Program-made: the position numbers and the translations under genes
In this document: piece by piece, positions 51,788 to 63,805 of the stretch
Position numbering within the stretch: the stretch's first letter is position 1
Layout of the letters: each line of letters opens with the position of its first letter
The notes under the pieces: generated by a model
Told to the model about the DNA's origin: nothing
Database searches by the model: none
What the model saw: only the letters and a program-made list of their open reading frames with translations
Source of the DNA: an uncultured Spirochaetota bacterium
Lineage (GTDB): Bacteria > Spirochaetota > Spirochaetia > SZUA-6 > Fen-1364
DNA: 64,000 bases
NCBI GenBank assembly: GCA_963734545.1
Contig: CAVTHO010000003.1
Location: 96,001-160,000, forward strand
Direction: 5' to 3'

Positions 51788-54059
51788 GCAGCGAAAAACT
51801 GCATGTGGTCGGCGCGCGCGTGCGAAAGGTCGACGGCCGTGAGCTCGTGACGGGCCGGGCGAGGTTTGCCGGGGACATGAAGCTGCCCGGGCATGCTGCA
51901 CGGGTGTGCCGTCCGGTCGAATGTCCCGGCCGGCACGATCACCCGCGTCGACACGCGCGCAGCAATGCAGCAGCCCGATGTCCTCGCCGTGCTGACGGGC
52001 GGGGACATACCGGGGCCGAACATGATCGGGATCCTTCCGCCCTTCGACCAGCCCGTCCTGGCAACCGAGGTAATCCGCTACGCCGGAGAGTCTGTTGCGC
52101 TCGTCGTTGCCCGGACCCACGGCGCGGCCAGGAAAGCAGCGCGCCTGGTGAAGCTCGAGATCGAGCCGCTGGAGCCGCTCCTCACGATAGACGCGGCGCT
52201 GAAGGAAGGCGCCCGCAGGATACATGAGAAGGGCAATGTGACCTGCCGCGAGAATCTCGTGAAGGGGGACGTGGAGAAAGGTTTTCGGGAGGCTGACCTC
52301 GTGGTGGAGGGCACATTCGAGACCTCCCACCAGGAGCACGGATACATCGAGCCCGAGGCGGCCCTTGCCGTGCCGGTGCCGGGCGGGCGGGTCACCGTGT
52401 ACGCATCCTGCCAGTCCCCGTTCCACCTGCGCGGTCACATCGCGGCCAATCTCGCCATCCCCGCGGCGCGAGTCAGGGTCGTGCAGGCGTACACCGGCGG
52501 CTCCTTCGGCGGCAAGGATGACGTGGCCACGGAGATCGGGATCCTGGCCGCGGTGGCCGCGCGCAGGCTCGACAGGCCCGTCATGATCGCGCACGAGCGG
52601 GAGGAGTCGATCATCGGATCCAACCTGCGGCACGCCTCGCGCATCCACATCGCCACGGCGGCGAGGAAGGACGGGACCATCGTCGCCCGCCGGATAGAGG
52701 TGCTCCTTGACGGCGGCGCATACGCCTCTGAAAGCCCTTTTGTGACGACGAAAACCCTGGTGCACGCGGCGGGGCCGTACCTGATCCCGAACGTGCTCGT
52801 GCGAGTCCACCGCGGTCTACACGAACAAGACCTACTGCGGCGCGTGCCGGGGCTTCGGCGTGCCCCAGGTCACGTTCGCCTCAGAATCGAACATGGACGA
52901 GCTTGCGCTGAAGCTCGGCATCGATCCCCTTGAGCTGCGCCTGAAGAACGCCTTGAAACCGGGAGATGCAACGGCCACGGGGCAGACCTACGACCGGTCC
53001 GTGGGCCTCGTGGACACGATGCGCGCAATCGAGGCCCGCAGGCGCGAGCTCGTGCTCCCCCGCGCGCGGTGACGACCAGTGGCTCTATGGCCGCGGCGTT
53101 GCCTGCCTGCTCCAGGGCATCTCCAACGGCGCCGAAGGCGTGGACGTGGTGGGCGCGAGCGTGCAGGTCTCCCAGGACGGGAGCGCGCTCGTGAGCGTGG
53201 GGCTTGCCGACATGGGGCAGGGGGCGCGCACCGTGTGCACCCAGATCGTGTCCGAGATCCTCGGCATCTCCCTCTCGAAGATCACGGCCGGGCAGGTGGA
53301 CACGGACCTTGTGCACGACTCGGGGCCCACGGTCGCCTCGCGCAACACCACGGTGGGCGGCATGGCGGTACAGATGGCGGCTGCCGAGGTGAAGAAGTCC
53401 CTCGTCGTCCATGGCCGCCCGGATGTTCAAGGTCGAGGAATCGCTGGTCCTTTTGCAGCGACGATTTCGCGGTTCTTTCGGTCGACCGGAATGCCCGCAT
53501 TCCACTGAAAGACGTGGCCACTGCCGCCTACTGGACGGGGTATCCCCTCATGCACCTCGCTTTCTCCAAGGCGCCGGATGCGGTGTTCGACCACGAGACC
53601 CACCAGGGCAGCGTCTATATCGCCTACAATTTCGGCACTCACCTCATCGATCTGCGGATCGACCGGCACACGGGAAAGGTGGAAGTGCTGCGACACCTGG
53701 CCTGTCACGACGTGGGGAAGGTGATCAACCCGCTGGGTCTGGAAGGCCAGATCGAGGGAGGCTCCCTGTTCGGGTTCGGGCTGGCGCACATGGAAGAGGT
53801 GCTGTTCCGCGACGGCCGTGTGCTGAATGCCAATTTCGCGGACTACGCGCTGCCCTCGATCAAGGACCGGCTTCCGACCGAGGCGATGACGGTGGAAGAC
53901 TTCAATCCGACCGGCCCCTTCGGCGCCAAGGGCGTGGGGGAGCCGCCCGTGGCAGGGGCGGCAGCGGCTTTCGCCAATGCGGTGGCGGATGCCACGGGCA
54001 TCCGTTTCAGGAGACTGCCCATCACGCGGCAGGAGATACTCCTGGGGCTCAGGAGGTAG
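51784..54059 (+). CDS. Xanthine dehydrogenase family molybdopterin-binding subunit (multiply frameshifted)
   Basis: QEHGYIEPE, GGSFGGK, RGFG, MGQG, ASR and GAKGVGEPP motifs. Confidence 0.9.
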
Positions 54060-54063
54060 GAAA

Positions 54064-55443
54064 ATGGCGATGCTCATCAAGAACGGGCTCGTGGTGACCT
54101 TCGCTCCGGACGCGCTGCAGGGCGCCGTCATAGAGAACGGGGCCGTGGCGGTGGAAGGCGGCACGATCGTGGCTGTCGGGGAGACCCGGGATCTCGTGTG
54201 CCGGTATCCGCGCGCGGCGCCCGTGCTGGATGCATCCGGCAGAATCGTCATGCCGGGATTCATCATGACGCACACCCACATGCCGTACGTGCTCGGGCAC
54301 AACATGCCGGTGGACTTCAGCAAGCTGCGGAGCTTCTGGGACATGCTGCAGAAGATGGGGTGGGAGTGGCTGGAGGACATCACGACGCCGGAAGGCATCC
54401 ACGCGGCGACCCTGTACGCGGCAATGAAGATGCTCAAGACCGGGACGACGACGGTGTGCGAGCTCGTCGAAGGCCCGCATGCCATCCCCGGCGCGCTTTC
54501 CGCCAGCGCGCGCGCCATCGAGCAGGTGGGCATCCGGGCACAGCTCGGTTTCGAGGTCACCGAGCGGATCCCGGGCGTTTCGATACTGGAGAAGCTGGAC
54601 AAGGGGCAGGCGGACAAGGCGTTCGAGGAAAACCTCGGTCTCCTCGCGCGCTATCCCGCGGGAGGGAAGAATCGGATACAGGGAAGGCTCGGCGTGCACA
54701 CGGCGTTCACCAATTCCTTCGAGACGCTGAAGAAGGCCCGGCGCATCGCCGACGACGCCCGGTGCGGAATCCAGATCCACGTGGCCGAAATCCCCCGCGC
54801 ATTCCTGGTGGAGAAGTACGGCAAGTCGGCGCCCATGGTGCTGGAAGAACAGGGCGTCCTGGGGCCCGACGTGGTGGCGGCGCACTGCATCGATCTCTCG
54901 GACGAGGACCTCGAGATACTCAGGCGGAACCGGGTGAACGTGTCCCACACGCCCATGACGAACTCGCTGGGCGGCAACGGGGTGGCACGAATTCCTGAAA
55001 TGCTGAAAGCCGGAATGAACGTGAGCATCGGTCATGACTGCTTCTTCACCCTGGACGCATCGGAATACATCCGCTATGCCTACCTGCTGCACAAGGCCCA
55101 CAACGCGAATCCCGGGCTCATTCCGCCGTTCCAGGCCCTGGACATGGCCATGGGCAACGCGGCGCGCGCATTGGGGCTGGGGGACAGGATCGGAAGCCTT
55201 GCCCCGGGGAAATGCGCGGACATCCTCATCGTGCAGCCGGACAGCCCGTCGCCCGTGGTCCCTTCGTCGGTCATGTCGTGGTTCACCATGACGTTCCAGG
55301 GCAGGGACGTGGAAACGGTGATCGTGGACGGGCAGATCGTGGTGAAGGAACGGAGAATGACCACGGTGAACGAGGACGACGTGCGGGCCGGGTGCGGGGA
55401 GCAGGCGCGCCTCCTCTGGCGCAGAAACGGGATACAGGTGTGA
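54064..55443 (+). CDS. Metal-dependent amidohydrolase, SsnA/Atz/Trz-like
   Basis: PGFIMTHTH, GTTT, HVAE, AAHC and GHD motifs. Confidence 0.9.
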   Translation: MAMLIKNGLVVTFAPDALQGAVIENGAVAVEGGTIVAVGETRDLVCRYPRAAPVLDASGRIVMPGFIMTHTHMPYVLGHNMPVDFSKLRSFWDMLQKMGWEWLEDITTPEGIHAATLYAAMKMLKTGTTTVCELVEGPHAIPGALSASARAIEQVGIRAQLGFEVTERIPGVSILEKLDKGQADKAFEENLGLLARYPAGGKNRIQGRLGVHTAFTNSFETLKKARRIADDARCGIQIHVAEIPRAFLVEKYGKSAPMVLEEQGVLGPDVVAAHCIDLSDEDLEILRRNRVNVSHTPMTNSLGGNGVARIPEMLKAGMNVSIGHDCFFTLDASEYIRYAYLLHKAHNANPGLIPPFQALDMAMGNAARALGLGDRIGSLAPGKCADILIVQPDSPSPVVPSSVMSWFTMTFQGRDVETVIVDGQIVVKERRMTTVNEDDVRAGCGEQARLLWRRNGIQV

Positions 55444-56649
55444 AGGAAGCTCGCGTGGCGGTGGATTTGAAGACCGAGTTCTGCGGGCTCTCGTTCAGGA
55501 ACCCGCTCATTGTTCCTGCCGGCGTGCACGGCAGGGACGGGCCGACGATCGCCGCGGTGAGCAGAAGCGGTGTTGCCGGCATCTGCACGAAGACCATCGT
55601 GTCGCGGCCTGCTCCGGATGTGCTGCCCTGCTTCACCGAGGTGAAATCAGGCATGCTCAATGCCGTGTTCGGCTCGGACAGGACCGCCTCGTACTGGTTT
55701 ACCGAGGGGATCAAGCGGGCCAGGGAAGGGGAAGCGCTCGTCATTGCCAATCTGGCGGGCTTTTCCCCCGACGAGGCCGCGGAGCTCGCGGGCAAGGCAG
55801 CGGCGGCAGGCGCGGACATGATCGAGATCCCCACCCATTGCCCGCACATGGGCGAGATCCTCATGGCGATGTATCCGGGCCTGCGAGATGCCGGAGCCGA
55901 AGCTCACCGACCTGGAGCCCATGAAGCTCTCCGTGAAGCTCGTGAAGAAGGCCGTGAAAATCCCCGTGGTCATCAAGCTTTCCGGTACCTTCTCGCACAT
56001 CGTGAAGGAGTGGGCCGTCGGGGTGAAAGAGGCGGGCGCGGACGGGATCGCGTGCTCGGACGCGCTCGGTCCCGGCCTGAGCATCGACATCCGCACGGGG
56101 CAGCCCTCCCTGGGAGGTCCGCGCGGCGTGGGCGGCCTGACCGGGCCTGCCATCATGCCCATCACGCTGCGCATGGTCCTGGAGATCGCCGCGAGCGTCG
56201 ACCTGCCGATCATCGGCGTGGGCGGCGTGCAGACCGCCGCCGACATGGTGCAGTACATCATGGCCGGCGCCACGCTGGTCGGGGTATGCACGGCCGGACA
56301 CATGAACGGTCCGGGCCGCTACACCCGCATCCTGCGGGACCTCGCACAGCTCCTGGCCGAGCTCGGCGTCCGTTCCCCGGCGGAGCTGCGCGGGCTCACC
56401 CTGCGGAGGATCCGGGAACGCGGGGAAAAGAGTCAGGCCGCCGTGACGACACCTGTGCCGCCCGTGGTGGACGAGGAGAAGTGCACGGCGTGCGGCAGGT
56501 GCCAGGAGGTATGCGCGTATGACGCCATGCGCGTGAACGGCAAGGCGCACGTCGAGCCGCGGACCTGCATCGGGTGCGGGCTCTGCGTAAGCGCGTGCCC
56601 GGTGGACGCGCTCTCACAGGACTACTACATTTCCGAGGGTGGCGCGTGA
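55440..56649 (+). CDS. Dihydropyrimidine/dihydroorotate dehydrogenase-like flavoprotein with C-terminal 2x[4Fe-4S] (PreA-like; frameshift near 55885)
   Basis: CPH, VIKLS, GGLTGPAI.P, IIGVGG, CTACGRC...C and CIGCGLC...CP motifs. Confidence 0.85.
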
Positions 56650-56713
56650 GCGTTGATTCCGGTTTTCATCACGGCTTTGTTAAGGCCGTCTTCAGTTTGC
56701 GGAGGAGGTCGAT

Positions 56714-57730
56714 ATGAAGAAGAGACTCGTGTGTGTCGTGGTCGCGGTCTTCAGCATCATGCTGGCGGCGCCGCTGTTCGCGGCGCCGGTCAGCCTCGCC
56801 ATCTTCGTCCCGGGCGTGGCGGCGGGCAGCCCCCTGTACGAGCAGATGGTAAGCGGCGCGCAGAAGGCGGCCGCGGAGTATCCCGACATGACCCTGAAGG
56901 TCGTGGAGGCCGGGTTCAACCAGGCGGAATGGCCCGAAAAGATGACGTCCCTCGCGGCAACGGGTGAGTACACCTACATCCTCACCTCGAACCCGTCGAT
57001 GCCCTTCATCTGCGCGGACGTGGCAAAGAGCTTCCCGCAGCAGAAGTTCATCGTGATGGACGGCTACCTTCCTCCCGGCAATCCGCAGTTCTACACCCTG
57101 ATGTACAACCAGGTGGAGCAGGGCTACTTCGCCGGCTACCTCGCGGGGCTCGTGACCAAGAGCAAAATGAAGGGCGCGACGCCGGACCTGAAGGTGGGCG
57201 CGATCGTGGCGCAGGAATACCCGGCGCTCACCAAGGAGATGATTCCCGGCTACACGCAGGGCTTCAAGGCGGTGGACCCGAAGATCACCCTCGACTACCG
57301 GGTGGTCGGCAACTGGTATGACGCCAACAAGGGCGCCGACCTGGCGAACAGCATGATGGATGCCGGCGTGGACGTGATCCTCGCGATCGCCGGCGGGGCG
57401 GGGCAGGGCATCATCAAGGCGGCGCAGGAGCGCGGGCGCTACGTCGTGTACTTCGACAGCAACGCGTACGCGATCGCCCCGGGGACGATCGTCGGGTGCG
57501 CGACGCTGGACCAGAACCGGGCCGTCTACGAGACCCTGAAGAAGGCCCTGCAGGGGACGCTCGCTTTCGGCACGGCCGACGTGGTGAACGCCAAGGCGGG
57601 GTACGTGGATTTCGCGGACAACGACCCGCTGTACACGAAGAATGTCCCGGCGGACGTGCGCGCAAAGATGACGGATCTCATGAAGAAGTTCCGCTGCGGC
57701 GCCATGAGCCTTCCGGTTCCCCCGATGTAG
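56714..57730 (+). CDS. BMP-family (nucleoside-type) ABC substrate-binding protein
   Basis: Signal peptide; EQGYFAGYLAG, GNWYDANKG and GVDVILAIAGGAG motifs. Confidence 0.88.
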   Translation: MKKRLVCVVVAVFSIMLAAPLFAAPVSLAIFVPGVAAGSPLYEQMVSGAQKAAAEYPDMTLKVVEAGFNQAEWPEKMTSLAATGEYTYILTSNPSMPFICADVAKSFPQQKFIVMDGYLPPGNPQFYTLMYNQVEQGYFAGYLAGLVTKSKMKGATPDLKVGAIVAQEYPALTKEMIPGYTQGFKAVDPKITLDYRVVGNWYDANKGADLANSMMDAGVDVILAIAGGAGQGIIKAAQERGRYVVYFDSNAYAIAPGTIVGCATLDQNRAVYETLKKALQGTLAFGTADVVNAKAGYVDFADNDPLYTKNVPADVRAKMTDLMKKFRCGAMSLPVPPM

Positions 57731-57794
57731 AGAGGACGATTCCGATCGTGCGGGGGAGCAATCCCCCGCACGCTCCGGAACGCGCGAGGGACTG

Positions 57795-59349
57795 ATGCCG
57801 TACCTGGAGATGCGGGGCATATCGAAGCTCTACCCGAATGACCTTCTGGCCAACGATGCCATCGATTTCTCCGTGGAGAAGAACGAGATCCATGCCATCG
57901 TCGGCGAGAACGGAGCGGGCAAGACGACTCTCATGAAGATCCTCTACGGCCTGGAGCAGCCGGATGCGGGCTCCCTCACGCTCGCAGGGAACCCGGTCAC
58001 GATCCGCAGCCCCCTGGACGCCAACCGGCTCGGGATCGGCATGGTCCACCAGCATTTCAAGCTCATCCCGGAGTTCACGGTCGCGGAGAACGTCGTTCTG
58101 GGCATCGAGCCGCGAAAGAACCTCCTGTTCGTGGACAGAAGCGCCGCCGCGGAGCGCATCCGCGAAGTGATTGCGAGCCACGGGTTCAGCATCGATCCGC
58201 GCGCGCGCGTGCTGAACCTGACCGTCGGCCAGATGCAGCAGGTGGAGATCGTCAAGATGCTCTACCGCAGGGCGGACCTCCTCATCCTGGACGAGCCCAC
58301 CTCGGTGCTCACCGAGCAGGAGATCCACAAGCTCTTCGAGACCCTGCGCAGCCTCCAGAGGAACGGGAAGACCTGCATCATCATCACGCACAAGCTGCAG
58401 GAGGTGATGGAGATCTCGGACCGGGTCACCGTGATGCGCAAGGGGAAGGTCGTCGCCGTCCGGGAGACCGCGGAAGTGGACAAGGCGGAGCTGTCACGCC
58501 TCATGGTCGGCAAGAGCGTGCTCTTCCAGTTCGAGCGGGCCAGGAAGGCGTGCGGGGACGCCGTGCTCGAGCTGGTGGACGTGACCCTGAAGCAGCGCGG
58601 CAGGGACCGGGCGCTCCTGGACGGGATCAACCTCACGGTCCGCTCGTGCGAGATAGTCGGGGTGGCGGGGGTCAGCGGAAACGGGCTCGGCGAGCTGGAG
58701 GACGCGGTGGCGGGCCTGCGCCGGATCACCAGCGGAAGGATCCTTCACAATGGGGAGGACATCTGCCGGTCTTTCTCCTGCCACGCTGCGCGAGCGGGGG
58801 TTCGCGTACGTCCCCGCCGACAGGCTGCGGCGCGGCTCGAGCCTCCAGTCCACGGTCACGGAAAACATGATCGTGACCAGCCACCACCGTTTCCTTCGGG
58901 CGGGGTTCCTCAAGGGGGGAAAGATCCAGCAATTCGCGGAACGCCTGACAAAAAGCTTTTCGATCGACGGGGCCCCCCGGGCGCCCATCGGTACTCTTTC
59001 GGGCGGCAACATCCAGAAGGTGATCCTCGCGCGCGAGCTCGCCACTGCCTCCAATCTCGTCATCGTGTCCGAGCCCACGTGGGGGCTGGACGTGGCGAGC
59101 AGCCAGTTCGTCTACGAGAAGATCCTGGAGATGCGCAAGGGGGGTGCCGGGATTCTCTTCATCTCCTCCAACCTCGACGAGATACTCGGCATCGCGGACA
59201 GCATCGCGGTGATGTACCGGGGCCGGGTCGTCGCGTTCCTGCCGAATGTCCCGGACCTCACCAAGGAGCGGATCGGGGAATACATGCTGGGTCTGCGGGA
59301 CGATTTCGCCCCCGAGGGCGGCCCGCAGAAGAAGGATGCGCAGCCGTGA
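57795..59349 (+). CDS. CUT2/nucleoside ABC ATPase with two ABC domains (frameshift near 58770)
   Basis: GENGAGKTT, GMVHQHF, LSGGNIQK and EPTWGLD motifs. Confidence 0.9.
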
Positions 59350-60392
59350 AGGAAAAGAGGAATCTCGGCGCGCTGTTCACCGGGTTCACCGGCCTGGCGC
59401 TCACGCTCCTGCTCTCGTTCGGGCTGGTCATCGGGCTCGTCTTCCTGCTCAGCAGGACGCCGGGCCGCACCCTCTACTACTTCTTCGTCGGCGCGTTCAC
59501 CAACAAGTACTACCTGGGAAACATGCTGAACGTCGCCGTTCCGCTCGTCTTCACCGGCCTCGGGATCTCTGTTGCGTTCAAGTCGTCCGTGTTCAACCTC
59601 GGGGGTGAGGGGCAGATCTACGCCGGGGGCCTTGCCGCCACGGCCGTCTGCCTGGCCCTGCCCGCGGCCAATGGCTACCTCGGCGGGTTCACCGCGCTGG
59701 CGGGGGCAGTGGTGCTTTCCGGGGGCATCGCCGGATTGTCGGGGTTTTTCCGGATGAAGTGGAACACGGATGAAATGATCTCCTCGTTCCTCCTCTCCTC
59801 CGCGGTCGTCCTCGTCGTGAACTATTTCATCACGGGCCCCCTCGACGACCCGAAGAACAATCTCCTTGCCACGCTGGCCATCGGACCGCAGTACGGGCTC
59901 CTGAGGATATTCCCTCCGTCGAAGCTCAATGTCAGCGCCTTCTTCGCCCTTGCGGCGGCCCTGGCAGTGTTTTTCTTCATGTACAAGAGCCACGCGGGAT
60001 ACGAGATGCGGATGTGCGGGCTCAACCGCGAGTTTTCCCGCTACGGCGGCATCAACGTGTCCAAGTACCTCGTGCTTCCCATGATCATGAGCGGCGCCCT
60101 GCACGGGCTGGGGGGAGGCCTCATGGTGCTCGGCACCTACGGGGCGACGATCGAGGGCTACTCCTTCGGCATGGGCTGGAACGGGATCGCCGTGGCGCTC
60201 ATTGCGAAGAACAACCCGCTCGGCGTGATCCCCGCCGCATTCCTGTTCGCCTATCTCGACGCCGGGGCAAAGGCCGCGATGCTCAACTCGGACGTCACGT
60301 TCGAGATCGCGGCGATCGCCCAGTCGTTCATATTCTATTTCGTGACCGCGCAGGCCCTCTACGGCTTGACGCGAAGGCGGAGAAGGGCATGA
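59346..60392 (+). CDS. Nucleoside-type ABC permease 1
   Basis: FNLGGEGQ and GWNGIAVALIA.NNP motifs; GTG overlaps the upstream TGA. Confidence 0.9.
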   Translation: MKEKRNLGALFTGFTGLALTLLLSFGLVIGLVFLLSRTPGRTLYYFFVGAFTNKYYLGNMLNVAVPLVFTGLGISVAFKSSVFNLGGEGQIYAGGLAATAVCLALPAANGYLGGFTALAGAVVLSGGIAGLSGFFRMKWNTDEMISSFLLSSAVVLVVNYFITGPLDDPKNNLLATLAIGPQYGLLRIFPPSKLNVSAFFALAAALAVFFFMYKSHAGYEMRMCGLNREFSRYGGINVSKYLVLPMIMSGALHGLGGGLMVLGTYGATIEGYSFGMGWNGIAVALIAKNNPLGVIPAAFLFAYLDAGAKAAMLNSDVTFEIAAIAQSFIFYFVTAQALYGLTRRRRRA

Positions 60393-61300
60393 GCGGCAAC
60401 TCTCCGTTCTCCATTCCCCTCATCCACAACGCGGTGGACATCATGACGCCGTTCCTGCTCGCCGGGATCGGCGGGCTCTTCACGGAGCTGGCCGGGATGC
60501 TGAACATCGCGCTCGAAGGGCTCATCCTGACCGGAGCCTTCTTCAGCATCGTGTTCGCGGCCGCCACCGGCAACCTGCTCCTGGGGATCCTCCTCGGGAT
60601 CCTGTGCGCAATGGCGCTTGCCTGGATGTTCGGGGCCGTCACCCTGTACATGCGGGCCAACGTCTTCATCACCGGTCTCGCCACGAATCTCTTCGCGTCC
60701 GGGTTCACCATCGTGCTCGCTTTCCAGCTCTTCAAGACAAAAGGGGTCATCCAGTTCCCGGGGATTCCGAAGCTTCCCGCCCTCGTTGTTCCCCCGTTTC
60801 TCCAGAAAATACCGGTGGTGGGAGATGTCCTCTTCGGGCACAACGTGATCGTCTACCTCACCTGGGCCATCGTGCTGCTGTCCGCCCTGGTCATCTACCG
60901 TACGCCGTTCGGGCTTCGACTCCGCGGCACCGGTCTGAATTCCGCCACGGTCGTGTCTCTCGGTCTCAATCCCAAACGCTACCAGATGGCCGGCATCCTG
61001 ATCTCCGGCCTGACCTGCGGCCTGGCCGGCGCCATGCTCACCATCGAGCTGGCAGCATTCGTGCCCGAGATATCCTCGGGCCGGGGATGGATCGCCCTGG
61101 TGGCCATCTATCTGGGCAACAAGACGCCGTGGGGGATCTTCATCGCTTCGTTCGTGTTCGGCCTGGCGGAGAGTTTTTCGAACTACGCCCAGGGCGCCAT
61201 CAAGGTGCCGGTGGACTTCATCCTGGCCCTGCCGTACGTCATCACGGTGGTCGCAATGATCATCTATTCCATGTTCCGCCATTTCCGCTCGCGGGGATGA
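60389..61300 (+). CDS. Nucleoside-type ABC permease 2
   Basis: E.AG.LNIALEG, GRGWIAL and LPYV.T motifs. Confidence 0.9.
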   Translation: MSGNSPFSIPLIHNAVDIMTPFLLAGIGGLFTELAGMLNIALEGLILTGAFFSIVFAAATGNLLLGILLGILCAMALAWMFGAVTLYMRANVFITGLATNLFASGFTIVLAFQLFKTKGVIQFPGIPKLPALVVPPFLQKIPVVGDVLFGHNVIVYLTWAIVLLSALVIYRTPFGLRLRGTGLNSATVVSLGLNPKRYQMAGILISGLTCGLAGAMLTIELAAFVPEISSGRGWIALVAIYLGNKTPWGIFIASFVFGLAESFSNYAQGAIKVPVDFILALPYVITVVAMIIYSMFRHFRSRG

Positions 61301-61333
61301 GGCGGCCGACAGCCGAGTGAGAGGAGCTACGAT

Positions 61334-62360
61334 ATGAAAGCAGCCGTCCTGACCGCGCCGGAGAAGATCGAGATACAGGACATCGAGAAGCCGGTCCTCA
61401 AGGGGAACGAGATCCTCGTGAAGCTGAAGAACTGCGGCATCTGCACCCTCGAGCAGAGGCTCTACACGGGGGCGGTCAAGATCCGGTTCCCCATCGTTCC
61501 CGGACACGAGGCATCCGGGGAGGTCGTCCAGGTCGGCAGCGAGGTGAACTCCGACATCGCCGTCGGGACCCGCGTGGCGCTCGACCTCGTCCTGCGCTGC
61601 GGCGAATGCTACTACTGCCGCACCGGGCAGTCGAACATGTGCCTGAACCGGTTCAAGAAGGACGCGAAGGTGCTCGGCGGCTTCGGGGAGTACGTCGCCG
61701 TGGCCGCGACCCAGGTATTCCCCATCCCTGCCTCGCTCTCATTCGAGGAGGCCGCCTTTGCCGAGCCGCTTTCCTGCTGCGTCCGCTCGCTCAAGAAAAT
61801 CGGGCTGCACCTGGCGGAAGACCTCCTCATCATCGGGGCGGGACCCATGGGGCAGATGCACCTGCAGGTGGCCCTCTGCATGGGGGCCCGGGTATTCGTC
61901 TCGGATCCTGATACATCCCGCCTGGCCATGGCGAAGAGGCTGGGCGCATTCGCCGCAATCGACCCCGGCAGCATGGATCTCATCGGCATCATCAAGGAGC
62001 ACACGGAGGGCCGCGGCGTGGACGCGTGCGTCATCACGAGCGCCGCGCACGTTGCCCTCAACACGGCGTTCGAGTCGATCTGCAAGAACGGGCGGGTGAA
62101 CATCTACACCTCCTACACGGACAAGCCGTCGATTCCCGTCGACGCGAATACCCTTCACCGGACCGAACAGACCATCACCGGGCAGCGAGGGAAGGACGGA
62201 GCAGGATTTCCTCCAGGCGGTGCGCCTCCTCTCCTTCGGAAAGGTGGACGTGAAGCCGCTCATCAGCGGCACGGTGGGGTACCCGCAGCTGGTGAGCGGC
62301 ATCCTGGCAGCGATGACGCCGAAAACCTACCGGGTGCTCCTGGAACACGAAGGCGGCTGA
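61334..62360 (+). CDS. Zn-dependent alcohol/polyol dehydrogenase (frameshift near 62180)
   Basis: CGIC, GHE, CGECYYC...C and GAGPMG motifs; TGA at 62358-62360. Confidence 0.88.
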
Positions 62361-63805
62361 TGATACTTGCAGTCGACGTGGGGACCTCGGTCCTCAAGGG
62401 GGGGCTGTTCGACAGGCACGGTGAACCCCGGTCCCGCGCCGAATCGCCCCTCGAGCTCCTGGCGCATCCCGATCCGCTGTGGCACGAATCCGACGCGAGG
62501 GAGTGGGTCACCGCGCTCCGTCTGGTCACGCGTCGTCTCCGCCTGTCCCATGCCGGTCCGCTCGATGCCGTCGTGGTGAGCGGCAATGGCCCGACCCTGC
62601 TCCCCGTCGGCGCGGACGGGATGCCGTTGACGCCCGCGATGACGTGGATGGACAGGCGGGGCGTGGCAGAGGCCGGAATCATCTCCGAGAAGAGCGGCCT
62701 GCCGACGGACCCCACCTTCTATCTTCCCAAGGCGTTCTGGCTGTACCGGAATCGACCGGACGTGTACGAGAAGACCCGCTGGTTCTTCTCGTGTCCCGAG
62801 TTCATCGCGTACACGCTCACCGGGGAGGCGGTCACCTTCCTCCCGACTCCGCAGTACACGCGCCTGATCTGGGAGGAGAAGCTGATCCGTGATCTCGGCA
62901 TGGCGCCGGAGAAGTTTCCGCCCTTTATCCGGTCCGGCAAGGTGCTGGGCAGGGTGAGCGCGGCGGGAGAGAAAGCCACGGGAATACCCGCCGGCGTTCC
63001 GGTCGTGGCGGGAGGGCCCGACTTTCTCGTCTCCCTTCTGGGCACGGCCACTGTCCTGCCGGGCCGGGCGTGCATCAGGTCCGGCACGTCGGAGGGCATC
63101 AACCTCTGCTCCCGCATCCCGACCGCGGATCGGCGGCTCCTGTGCTTCAGTCACATTGCGGAGGGTTTCTACAACGTTTCCGGCATGATCTCGACGTCGG
63201 GCAAGGCACTCGAGTGGCTCAAGGACACGATCGGCAGGTCCGCGGACAGCTACGAGAGGGTCTTCGAAGACATCGAGCAGGTGCCGCCCGGGGCCGACAG
63301 CCTCCTGTTTCTCCCCTACCTGGCCGGAGAGAGGGCGCCGCTCTGGGACCCCTGCGCGCGCGGCGCCTTCATCGGGCTCACTCTGAATCATCACGGCCGC
63401 GAGATGACGCGCGCCGTGGTCGAATCAGTGGCGTACGCGATCCGCGACGTGGTCGAGGTCATGGAGGATTGCGGGCAGTCCGTGCAGGACCTGCGCATCA
63501 CGGGCAACCCTTCGCGGAGCCGTCTCTGGAACCAGATCAAGGCGGACGTGACGGGACGGCGCATCCTCGTCCCCGTGCTGCAGGATTCGGATCTCGCCGG
63601 CGACGTGTGCCTCGCGCTGCATGCCCTGGGCGAATACGAATCCGCCGCCGCCGCCTCCGAGGCCATCGTGAAGATGGGAATGGTCTTCGAGCCGAACGCG
63701 GAGAACAAGGGCCTGTACGATGATATGTTCCGCCTCTACCGCGAATCCTACACCGGTCTCCGCGCAGTGTTTCAAAAACTTTCGAGCCTCAGGAGCACAC
63801 CATGA
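62360..63805 (+). CDS. FGGY-family carbohydrate kinase (xylulokinase-like)
   Basis: AVDVGTS, WMDRR, FLPYLAGERAP and QIKAD motifs. Confidence 0.9.
   Translation: MILAVDVGTSVLKGGLFDRHGEPRSRAESPLELLAHPDPLWHESDAREWVTALRLVTRRLRLSHAGPLDAVVVSGNGPTLLPVGADGMPLTPAMTWMDRRGVAEAGIISEKSGLPTDPTFYLPKAFWLYRNRPDVYEKTRWFFSCPEFIAYTLTGEAVTFLPTPQYTRLIWEEKLIRDLGMAPEKFPPFIRSGKVLGRVSAAGEKATGIPAGVPVVAGGPDFLVSLLGTATVLPGRACIRSGTSEGINLCSRIPTADRRLLCFSHIAEGFYNVSGMISTSGKALEWLKDTIGRSADSYERVFEDIEQVPPGADSLLFLPYLAGERAPLWDPCARGAFIGLTLNHHGREMTRAVVESVAYAIRDVVEVMEDCGQSVQDLRITGNPSRSRLWNQIKADVTGRRILVPVLQDSDLAGDVCLALHALGEYESAAAASEAIVKMGMVFEPNAENKGLYDDMFRLYRESYTGLRAVFQKLSSLRSTP

Noticed and set aside
53070-53072. TGA in the Mo-hydroxylase large subunit as a third selenocysteine
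   Set aside because: Homology continues in a different frame (GDDQWLYGRG), not after the TGA, so this is an indel.
57795-60392. 865-aa ATPase-permease fusion
   Set aside because: The second ABC domain is in another frame and ends at 59349; the permease has its own GTG at 59346.
61334-63805. 823-aa dehydrogenase-kinase fusion
   Set aside because: The dehydrogenase C-terminus is in a shifted frame with TGA at 62358-62360 overlapping the kinase ATG.
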